This document shows, in pieces, positions 56,929 through 64,000 of a stretch of DNA of 64,000 nt (its first letter is position 1; every line of letters starts with the position of its first letter). The notes beneath the pieces are model-generated. The model was given only the letters and a program-made list of their open reading frames with translations. It ran no database searches and had not been told where the DNA came from. This stretch comes from Candidatus Kaiserbacteria bacterium (lineage in GTDB: Bacteria; Patescibacteriota; Minisyncoccia; Phycocordibacterales; Phycocordibacteraceae). Location: NCBI GenBank assembly GCA_963699165.1, contig OY969413.1, positions 788,562-852,561 of the forward strand, read 5' to 3'. A program made the position numbers and the translations under genes.

Positions 56929-57633
56929 CTATTTCCGGTAAGGTTGGAGCGCCTTCGCAAACGCTTCCACCTTCATTGGGTCGAGTTCATGGAATGTTCG
57001 TCCTATGCCGGTTGCCACCAGGAAGCAGTCGGCATACGGAGCAAACTGCCCGACATTTTCCGGAGTCATGCCGGAGGCGATTGCGAGCGGGTGGCTTCCG
57101 ATTGCCGCGCGCATTGCGTGTATTTTCGTGATATCTGGTGCATCGCCCGTGCGATTGCCGGACGTTGTAATGACATCGATGTAAGGAGCGGCTAGCCGTG
57201 CTGCTTTGGCAGGGTCCGACACTGGCGTTTGATACTTGAACGCAACTCCCCCGAAGAGAAGAGAGTCCGGACAGTAGCGGTCGTGCAGGCGGGAAAGTTC
57301 TGCCAGAACATCTGTTGAACTTGTGTCAGTTATCCCAACATCATCGACCCAAAGAGCCGATGCGTTTTTTGGGACGGTGCGAATCGCCCTTGCAGACGAC
57401 AAATCGAGAAAGTTGAGTCCAATCCAATGCTGCGGTAGCCGAGAACGGATGTCGTCGTAAATTGAACGAAGCCACTGCGCATTCGCCTCATGGCCGTGCG
57501 CTATCAAGAAGACGCCGTCGGCACCATTGTTGAAAGCTGTTGCGACGTTGCGCTTTGTTTGTACCTCAGTCGCAACATGAATGACCGGAAGGAACGCTTT
57601 CCCGCTCGGGAATGCGTCAGTAAATCTGGACAT
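56929..57633 (-). CDS. TIM-barrel protein, BtpA/SgcQ-like (tentative)
   Basis: KAFLPVIHV...GADGVFLI...IASGMTPENVGQ pattern. The family assignment is uncertain. Confidence 0.3.
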   Translation of the reverse strand: MSRFTDAFPSGKAFLPVIHVATEVQTKRNVATAFNNGADGVFLIAHGHEANAQWLRSIYDDIRSRLPQHWIGLNFLDLSSARAIRTVPKNASALWVDDVGITDTSSTDVLAELSRLHDRYCPDSLLFGGVAFKYQTPVSDPAKAARLAAPYIDVITTSGNRTGDAPDITKIHAMRAAIGSHPLAIASGMTPENVGQFAPYADCFLVATGIGRTFHELDPMKVEAFAKALQPYRK

Positions 57634-57691
57634 AATCCTCCTTGTCTTTAGTGCGTGTCCGAAGGCAATCTATAGTGTTCCGACCATTGCG

Positions 57692-58801
57692 TCAAACCCG
57701 TGTACGCGTCCAGTACTTTTGGCAGTCCCCGACGGTTAATGTACACACAATATACCGCAAGGGGGACACCATGCCGAGCGACTGGTGCGGGCGTTTGGTG
57801 TTGTACCAGATCAGCCAGTCGACAAGCTTCAGATTGAAGGAATGAATATCGTCCCGCAGCAGGCCCCGATTCAGCATGATGAAGTCCTCGGAGACGGTGC
57901 GATTGAATCGTTCGACGTGGGCATTCATCTTGGGAGTGCGGGGGCGGGTGTGAAAGTGCGTGAGCCCGAGTTCGGCACAGGCATCCTCGAAGTGTTTGGC
58001 GAACTCGCTCCCGTTGTCGGTCTGCAACTCGTCGATATCGAAGGGGCAAACCTCGATGACTCGGCGAAGGAAGTCGTCCGCGCTTCTCGACGAGTGGTTC
58101 GTATACGCGCCCGCAAAGGCGAACTTCCGCTCCACATCCACTGCCGTGAGGACGTACCGCTTCACGCCGTCGATGAAGCGGACGACGGTATCGAGCTCCA
58201 TGCCGCGCTTGCCGGTGCGGCGAAGCTTGGTACGGCGTTTCTGCGGTGTTTCCGTGTGATTGCCCGTACGTGCGTGGAACGAGAGCCGGCTCTGCTGCGG
58301 GAGCAGACCGCGGTTCTTCAAATCCAGAATGACCCGCCCAACGTATGACTCCGACACGGAGTGCCCTTCTTCGCGCAGGAGAACGGCAAGCTTTGCTTTC
58401 CCAAGCCGGGGATGCGCCTGTCGTTCGCGGATGATGAAATCCTCGACCTCGGGCAGAACAGTCCTCCTTCGACGCGCCTTCGGCGCAGTGCTCTTCGGGT
58501 CAAGTGCATCAATGCGGCCCTCGTGGGCTTTGAGTTCCTCCTTCCAGCGATACAAGGTGCGCTCCGAGGTGCCAAAGGCGTCGTATGCGGCCTCCGTCCC
58601 GTGCATGTCCCAGAATCCCAATATCTTCACCCGTCTGTCGACTTCCTTTGGTTTCCGCATATGCCGCAATCGTATCGTCCTTTCCCACATGCTCAACCAG
58701 CCCTTCGTACCCCTGAAATTGCTTCTGATGTGCATATATCCTCGGTTATGAGGACTGCCAAATGTATCTGAACTTATGCAACCCGCTCCAATGTAATCCA
58801 T
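57692..58801 (-). CDS. IS481-family transposase, copy C
   Basis: Same protein as copies A and B (R to H at position 2). The likely true start is the internal Met at 58735. Confidence 0.8.
   Translation of the reverse strand: MDYIGAGCISSDTFGSPHNRGYMHIRSNFRGTKGWLSMWERTIRLRHMRKPKEVDRRVKILGFWDMHGTEAAYDAFGTSERTLYRWKEELKAHEGRIDALDPKSTAPKARRRRTVLPEVEDFIIRERQAHPRLGKAKLAVLLREEGHSVSESYVGRVILDLKNRGLLPQQSRLSFHARTGNHTETPQKRRTKLRRTGKRGMELDTVVRFIDGVKRYVLTAVDVERKFAFAGAYTNHSSRSADDFLRRVIEVCPFDIDELQTDNGSEFAKHFEDACAELGLTHFHTRPRTPKMNAHVERFNRTVSEDFIMLNRGLLRDDIHSFNLKLVDWLIWYNTKRPHQSLGMVSPLRYIVCTLTVGDCQKYWTRTRV
57701..58780 (-). mobile_element. IS481-family insertion sequence, copy C (inverted relative to A and B)
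   Basis: 1080 bp, near-identical to A and B. The transposase ORF 57692-58801 includes a 22-codon upstream read-in. Confidence 0.85.
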
Positions 58802-59289
58802 CGATACCGAAGTCCTTCCGATTCTCTCCGCTCCTCGGCGACAATTTTTGAAAACTCTTTCTCATAGGGAGGGAAAAAGGCATCAGCCGGAGCCTCGGCC
58901 TCGATAATCGTTAGGTACAAGCGATTCGCAATCGGCAGCGCCTCGCCGTACAGTTCTGCTCCCCCGACTACGAATATCTCTTCAGCTCCAGGAGCATTCT
59001 CTACTGCCACGAGAGCTTCTTTCAGTGAGTGCGCGATTATGGCACCGGGAGCTGCATAGATTTGCGAGCGGGTTACGACAACGTTAGTGCGGCCTTTAAG
59101 AGGTCGCGAACTTGCCGGCATCGATTCCCACGTCTTCCGTCCCATGATGACCGGGTGTCCCATCGTCAATTTTCTAAAACGCCCCATCATATCGTCGGAA
59201 ATATGCCAAATGAGGTCTCCACCGAAACCGAGTTCTCGGTTCTTTCCGATGGCGGCTATAATGGAAATACAGGGTTCTTTTGATTGCAT
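58774..59289 (-). CDS. folA: dihydrofolate reductase
   Basis: ISIIAAIGKNRELGFGGDLIWH...VIMGRKTWESMP...VVGGAELY DHFR signatures. Start trimmed to Met at 59289. The last codon and the stop are supplied by the IS481-C terminus. Confidence 0.8.
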   Translation of the reverse strand: MQSKEPCISIIAAIGKNRELGFGGDLIWHISDDMMGRFRKLTMGHPVIMGRKTWESMPASSRPLKGRTNVVVTRSQIYAAPGAIIAHSLKEALVAVENAPGAEEIFVVGGAELYGEALPIANRLYLTIIEAEAPADAFFPPYEKEFSKIVAEERRESEGLRYRWITLERVA

Positions 59290-59331
59290 GTCAATATCTT
59301 TTCTTTGCAGTATGCGTAGTATACTACCAGC

Positions 59332-59895
59332 ATGTCGGTCATCGGAATCAACGAGGTCGTGCGGAGAATCAAGGAAGAGAATCTCATCACCGGACTCGGC
59401 GGCCGCGACTTTTCGAATCCGGAAGGAACGGGTATCGACCTGCGGCTCGGCGCGGTGCACAAAATCATCGAAGGCGGTGCTTTTATCGAAGCCGATGGTG
59501 CGGCCGGTCTTGGCAAGCGCCGCGGAGTGAAAACCGAAGAACTGCTTCATTTGAAAGAAGGGGATGTGCAGGACGAATTGGTGGTGAAGCCGGGCGAATA
59601 CTACCTTGTGCAGACGGCAGAAACTATTTCCACTCCGCTCGACCTTATGCCGATGGTGTATCCGCGAAGCAGTCTTTTCCGCGCCGGACTTCTTTTGCTT
59701 GCGACCAAAACGGACCCCGGGTATACGGGGCCGCTCACCTTCGGCCTTACAAATCTAAGTCCTTTTGAAGTTCGCCTCCAGCTCGGCGCCCGTTTTTGCA
59801 ACATCGTTTTCCATAAAATCGAAGGAGAAACCATCGGATATCGCGGACAGCACCAGGGCGGGCGCATCTCGCACGGCGAAGAACAGCAAGTGTAA
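59332..59895 (+). CDS. dCTP deaminase/dUTPase-family protein (Dcd-like paralog, possibly a Dcd-type dUTPase)
   Basis: PRSSLFRAGLLL...DPGYTGPLTF resembles the Dcd core RSSLARLGL...DPGW.G. More diverged than the downstream dcd. Confidence 0.55.
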   Translation: MSVIGINEVVRRIKEENLITGLGGRDFSNPEGTGIDLRLGAVHKIIEGGAFIEADGAAGLGKRRGVKTEELLHLKEGDVQDELVVKPGEYYLVQTAETISTPLDLMPMVYPRSSLFRAGLLLLATKTDPGYTGPLTFGLTNLSPFEVRLQLGARFCNIVFHKIEGETIGYRGQHQGGRISHGEEQQV

Positions 59896-59897
59896 TT

Positions 59898-60461
59898 ATG
59901 TTTCTTTCCGATGTAGATATCGAAGAGGCAGTCAAGAGAAAAGCGATTACGCTTGATCCGTTCGTGCCTTCGAGGCTGCAGCCGGCGAGCTACGACATCC
60001 TTCTCGGAAATAAATTCATCGTGAATGACGAGACGTCGACGCATTTCATCGACCCATCCCGGAAGATATACGCGAAGACGCGCGAGATAGAAGTGGAGGA
60101 CGGCGGCGAATTCGTCCTGCACCCGGGAGTCTCCGTGCTCGGGACATCGAAGGAATTTTTCGGTTCGGATGAATATTTAATCCAAGTCGGCGGGAAATCC
60201 AGTTTGGCCCGCGTCGGCCTCATGATTCACAACACCGCCGGCCTCATTAATCCCGGCCACTTCCTGCACATTACATTCGAGCTGTGCAATTTAAACAACG
60301 TGCCGATTATTCTCCGGCCGGGCATGGAAATAGCCCAGCTCACGTTCTCAAAAATGTCGTCGCCGACAAAGCAAAGCTATGAAAAAGTCGGACGGTTTGC
60401 AAAAGACAACTGGCAAAATTTCACTCCGCCGAAGAAAAAAATTTTAAAAGTAAAAAAATAA
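59898..60461 (+). CDS. dcd: dCTP deaminase
   Basis: MFLSDVDIEEAV...GKSSLARVGLMIHNTAGLINPGH...LRPGMEIAQLTF is collinear with E. coli Dcd. Confidence 0.8.
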   Translation: MFLSDVDIEEAVKRKAITLDPFVPSRLQPASYDILLGNKFIVNDETSTHFIDPSRKIYAKTREIEVEDGGEFVLHPGVSVLGTSKEFFGSDEYLIQVGGKSSLARVGLMIHNTAGLINPGHFLHITFELCNLNNVPIILRPGMEIAQLTFSKMSSPTKQSYEKVGRFAKDNWQNFTPPKKKILKVKK

Positions 60462-60465
60462 AACC

Positions 60466-61431
60466 ATGAGCACCCGCCATCCCGAATACCAGTATCTCGA
60501 TCTGGTGCGCGACACGCTTGAAAACGGGGAAGAGCAGGTGGACGCCGGCACGGGGATAAAGACGTACAGCGTATTCGGCCGGCAGATTCGTTTTGATTTG
60601 TCGGAAGGGTTGCCGCTGCTCACGACCAAAAAAGTGTACTGGAAAGGCGTGCTGCATGAGCTGTACTGGTTCCTCTCGGGACAGTCGAACATAAAATATC
60701 TTGTCGACAATAATGTGCATATTTGGGACGACTACCCGTACAAGATTTATGTCGAGAAAGGAATTGCTCCGGCGCTTACGAAAGAAGAGTTTATCGCCAA
60801 AATTGCTGGCGATGCGGCTTTCGCAAAAGAGCACGGAGAACTGCGCCATATTTACGGCGAACTGTGGCGCCGTTGGCCGGCAAGCGACGGGCGCGCCGTT
60901 GACCAGCTTGGATGGGCAGTCGAAGAGCTTCGCAAAGACCCGGATGCGCACAACACGCTCGTCACCTCATGGAATCCGGAATATCTCTACAAAATGGCGA
61001 AGCCGGGCGAAGGCGTTCGTTTTCCGATTTGCCACAATCTCTACCAGCTCAATATCAAAAAAGGCAAAGTGTGCCTGCAGTTGTACCAGCGGAGCGCCGA
61101 CATTTTCCTCGGCGTGCCTTTCAACATCGCAAGCTATGCTCTGCTCACCATGATTATCGCGAAGATTCTCGGGCGCGAACCCGGCGAATTCGTACATACA
61201 TTCGGCGATTTGCATGTGTATGAAAATCATCGCGAGCAGGCGCAGGAACAGATTGCTCGCGAACCGCGTCCGTTCCCGACCGTGAAATTTATCGAGCAAT
61301 TCAATTCGCTCGATGCGTTCCGCCCGCAATTTGCCGAACTTGTGGGATACGACCCGCATCCGTCCATAAAGGCAGAAATGGCTGTCGTAGGCGGTTACAA
61401 TGAGAAAATGCACGGCACAGCGTCCGGCTAA
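60466..61431 (+). CDS. thyA: thymidylate synthase (ThyA type)
   Basis: ...LPPCH..YQ...LSCQLYQRSAD.FLGVPFNIASYALL... Here: ICHNLYQLNIKKGKVCLQLYQRSADIFLGVPFNIASYALLT. Confidence 0.9.
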   Translation: MSTRHPEYQYLDLVRDTLENGEEQVDAGTGIKTYSVFGRQIRFDLSEGLPLLTTKKVYWKGVLHELYWFLSGQSNIKYLVDNNVHIWDDYPYKIYVEKGIAPALTKEEFIAKIAGDAAFAKEHGELRHIYGELWRRWPASDGRAVDQLGWAVEELRKDPDAHNTLVTSWNPEYLYKMAKPGEGVRFPICHNLYQLNIKKGKVCLQLYQRSADIFLGVPFNIASYALLTMIIAKILGREPGEFVHTFGDLHVYENHREQAQEQIAREPRPFPTVKFIEQFNSLDAFRPQFAELVGYDPHPSIKAEMAVVGGYNEKMHGTASG

Positions 61432-61436
61432 TACCT

Positions 61437-62696
61437 ATGAATGTCTACCAACACATCAAAGACGAAGACGCGGAAATATATGCGGCGATAGCGGGCGAGG
61501 AGAAGCGGCAGGAGGAAGGGCTTGAACTCATCCCGTCAGAAAATTACGTGTCGCAGGCGGTGAAAGAAGCGATGGCGTCGTCGCTCACTAATAAATATTC
61601 GGAAGGGTATCCGGGCAAGCGATATTACGGCGGGCAGGAATTTACGGACAAAGTCGAGCTGATTGCTATCGAGCGGGCAAAAAAACTTTTCAATGCCGCG
61701 TATGCAAACGTGCAGCCCTTGGGCGGCGCAAATGCAAACATTGCAATGTACATGGCGCTCCTTTCCCCCGGCGACACGATTCTCGGCATGGACCTTTCGC
61801 ACGGCGGGCATCTCACGCACGGCCATCCGGTAACGTACCTCACCAAGATTTTCGATTTTGTGCGGTACAAGATGAAGGATGTTGAGACGGGCGAAATAGA
61901 TTATGCGGAGATGCTGCAAGTCGCGAAAGAAGTGCGGCCGAAAATAATTCTCGCGGGCTTTTCAGCATACCCGCGCGAACTCGAGTATCAAAAATTCGTG
62001 GACATCGCGCGTGACGTCGGCGCCCTCGCCGTGATGGACATCGCGCATATCGCAGGGCTCATCGCGGGCGGCGCGGCTAAGAATCCGTTTGATTTCGGTT
62101 TCGACATCATGACGACAACGACGCACAAAACACTGCGCGGTCCGCGCGGCGGCATGATTCTCACGCGCGAAAGCGAAGAGCTCGCAAAGAAAATCGACAA
62201 GGCGGTGTTTCCCGGTCTTCAGGGTGGTCCGCATATGCATCAGATTGCGGCAAAAGCGGTTTCGTTTAAAGAGGCGCTTCAATCGTCCTTCAAGGCATAT
62301 GCGAAGCAAATCATTTTGAACGCAAAGGCGATGGAGGGCGTGTTCAAGGAACAGAAAGCGCGCATGATTGCGGGCGGTACCGACAACCATCTTATTTTGC
62401 TCGACGTCTGGACTTCGTTCGGCGTTTCCGGTGCTGATGCAGAGATATTGCTCGATCGCGCAGGCATCACGCTCAATAAAAACTCGATTGCCGACGATAC
62501 TCGAAAGCCGATGGACCCGTCCGGCATTCGTTTTGGAACGCCTGCCGTCACCACGCGCGGATTCGGCGAAGCCGAATCCGCGCAAGTCGCGAAGATAATG
62601 GTGGACGTGCTCACGAAAAAGACCGATGCTGCCGCGGCGAAAGAGGAAGTCAAAAAACTCGCCCTGTCGCATCCGATTCCCGGATCGTTCGTCTAA
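61437..62696 (+). CDS. glyA: serine hydroxymethyltransferase
   Basis: PLP-lysine region TTTTHKTLRGPRGGMIL and GGHLTHGH. Confidence 0.9.
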   Translation: MNVYQHIKDEDAEIYAAIAGEEKRQEEGLELIPSENYVSQAVKEAMASSLTNKYSEGYPGKRYYGGQEFTDKVELIAIERAKKLFNAAYANVQPLGGANANIAMYMALLSPGDTILGMDLSHGGHLTHGHPVTYLTKIFDFVRYKMKDVETGEIDYAEMLQVAKEVRPKIILAGFSAYPRELEYQKFVDIARDVGALAVMDIAHIAGLIAGGAAKNPFDFGFDIMTTTTHKTLRGPRGGMILTRESEELAKKIDKAVFPGLQGGPHMHQIAAKAVSFKEALQSSFKAYAKQIILNAKAMEGVFKEQKARMIAGGTDNHLILLDVWTSFGVSGADAEILLDRAGITLNKNSIADDTRKPMDPSGIRFGTPAVTTRGFGEAESAQVAKIMVDVLTKKTDAAAAKEEVKKLALSHPIPGSFV

Positions 62697-62748
62697 CTCT
62701 CGGCAGTAAGCGCAATCAGCTGCACCAGCGCGGCGGCGCAATGCAAAT

Positions 62749-62766
62749 GGTATGATATATCATACC
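62749..62766. promoter_or_regulatory. 18-bp perfect palindrome GGTATGATATATCATACC (operator-like), copy 1
   Basis: Perfect dyad symmetry. An identical copy lies at 63232-63249. It overlaps the start region of the TrpR-like gene. Confidence 0.5.
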
Positions 62767-62769
62767 CCC

Positions 62770-63198
62770 ATGACGCACGTGTCGAAAAAGAAAATCAAGA
62801 AACCAATCGCGAAAGATCTTGCCGATCAGTTTTTAACATTTCTAACCGTAGCTCATACGAAACAAGACGCGCGAATATTCGCTAATGAACTTTTTTCGCA
62901 AACCGAGCGCGTGATGCTCGCCAAGCGCCTTGCAATCGTCATTCTGCTCACTCGCGGGTATTCTTTTACTCAAATCGAATCATCGCTCGGTGTTACGCGG
63001 CAGACAGTTGTGCGAATATGGAAAGAGATGCAAGTTGGCGGTTTTCGGAAGATTGCATTTTACGCGCGCAAACACACGAAGCATTTCAGGCGGGAATCCA
63101 CAATTGATGCCTTTATCAGGATTCTCCATCTAGGAATGCCCCCGCGAGCGGGGAAGCGTTGGCAACAGCTCGATAAGCTTTGGGGTTTTGAAGGATAA
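62770..63198 (+). CDS. TrpR-like / YerC-YecD-family DNA-binding protein
   Basis: QTERVMLAKRLAIVILLTRGYSFTQIESSLGVTRQTVVRIWKEM is a TrpR-fold HTH. The start is ambiguous (62752 or 62770). Confidence 0.5.
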   Translation: MTHVSKKKIKKPIAKDLADQFLTFLTVAHTKQDARIFANELFSQTERVMLAKRLAIVILLTRGYSFTQIESSLGVTRQTVVRIWKEMQVGGFRKIAFYARKHTKHFRRESTIDAFIRILHLGMPPRAGKRWQQLDKLWGFEG

Positions 63199-63231
63199 GC
63201 GCGGAATAATCGCAGAACGCAAGCATAAGAA

Positions 63232-63249
63232 GGTATGATATATCATACC
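63232..63249. promoter_or_regulatory. 18-bp perfect palindrome GGTATGATATATCATACC, copy 2, upstream of argS
   Basis: Identical to 62749-62766. About 80 nt upstream of the argS ATG. Confidence 0.5.
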
Positions 63250-63329
63250 CCTTGTGAAAGGTGGGCGGGTCGCGGCCTGCTGCGTTGTGGATTTCCGAAT
63301 TGTTCGCATAATCTGGTACACTCTTTCGC

Positions 63330-64000
63330 ATGGAAGAGCGCATACGAAAAGCGATTGCGGATGAACTTAAAAGCGCGGGAGCTGGTGATGTTGCGTTTGC
63401 CGTTGAGCGGCCAAGCGATGCGGCGCATGGCGACTATGCGACAAATGCCGCGCTCGTCGCCGCAAAAACGCTTGGAAAGAATCCGCGCGAGCTCGCGGAC
63501 GAGCTCGCGCGTTCCATCATCGATTCTCTCGGCAAAGACATCGCGAGTCACGTGTCAGTGGCCGGTCCGGGGTTTGTAAACATTACGCTCGCGCGCGAGG
63601 TGGTGACATTTGCCGTTGCGGAAGCCGATGCGAAAGGAAACGAGTGGGGAAAGGGAATTGCGGAAGATGGGAAACGAATTATCGTCGAGTACTCAAATCC
63701 AAACGCATTCAAAGAAATGCACCTTGGGCATTTGGTCGGGACCGTGGTCGGCGAAGCTGTGTCGCGGCTTTTCGAAAATTCGGGTGCGACGGTTGTGCGC
63801 GACACGTTTGGCGGCGACATCGGTCCGAATGTCGCAAAGGCGCTCTGGGGACTTCAAGAAAAAGGAATCATCGAACCCGAGACCGCACGCGAGATTGGCG
63901 TTGCATATGCCGAGGGCTCAAATGCGTACGAGAGCGACCCGAATGCAAAGGCGGAAATTGATGCGCTGAACAAAGCGATATATGCCGGCAATGACCGCGA
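63330..64000 (+). CDS. argS: arginyl-tRNA synthetase, N-terminal fragment; runs off the window end
   Basis: Manual translation MEERIRKAIADELKSAG...RIIVEYSNPNAFKEMHLGHLVGTVVGEAVSRLFE contains the class I HIGH motif (MHLGH) and the ArgRS add-1 N-domain. Confidence 0.85.
   Translation, partial: MEERIRKAIADELKSAGAGDVAFAVERPSDAAHGDYATNAALVAAKTLGKNPRELADELARSIIDSLGKDIASHVSVAGPGFVNITLAREVVTFAVAEADAKGNEWGKGIAEDGKRIIVEYSNPNAFKEMHLGHLVGTVVGEAVSRLFENSGATVVRDTFGGDIGPNVAKALWGLQEKGIIEPETAREIGVAYAEGSNAYESDPNAKAEIDALNKAIYAGNDR

Noticed and set aside
1-64000. CRISPR arrays or cas genes
   Set aside because: No regularly spaced short direct repeats and no Cas-like ORFs were seen anywhere in the window.

Overview
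High-GC (about 57-60%) bacterial chromosomal segment. The type IV pilus genes (pilB, pilM/N/O-like), a lamin-tail-domain surface protein and many tRNAs fit a small-genome, possibly CPR-like bacterium, but no lineage can be assigned from this window. Core genes recognised (all calls by eye from motifs, no searches run): ruvB (5' fragment), pilB, tsaE, polA, holA-like, mazG-like, a Mur ligase, ruvA, rpsT, aspA-like lyase, an S8/S53 peptidase, aroK, ruvX, pilM/N/O, uppS, rluA-family, rplS, a PduO-type adenosyltransferase, a NUDIX hydrolase, a SIMPL protein, secE-nusG-rplK, folA, two dcd-family genes, thyA, glyA, a TrpR-like regulator and argS (5' fragment). Eight tRNAs are called by hand: Lys-TTT, Pro-TGG, Ser-TGA, Arg-TCT, Leu-CAG, Val-TAC, Leu-GAG, His-GTG. 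The window is unusually rich in insertion sequences: one IS30-family element, two identical IS3-family copies (each truncating a gene), three identical IS481-family copies, a second IS481-family element and an IS1595-family transposase. Between tRNA-Pro (23.7 kb) and tRNA-Ser (37.3 kb) lies a low-GC accessory island, itself next to a degraded phage-like module (17.5-23.3 kb; ParB-methyltransferase, small and large terminase). The most interesting locus is inside that island: a translationally coupled gene pair (26413-33098, minus strand) encoding a PLD-nuclease/SNF2-ATPase fusion and a 1130-aa MmeI/PglX-like N6-adenine methyltransferase with its own TaqI/Eco57I-type specificity domain. No other R-M, DISARM or BREX partner genes are adjacent, so this is a candidate atypical or undescribed two-gene restriction/defense system. 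The island also carries an intact large serine recombinase, a type I HsdS remnant, and a ClpP-like peptidase plus HEPN-like protein cassette.
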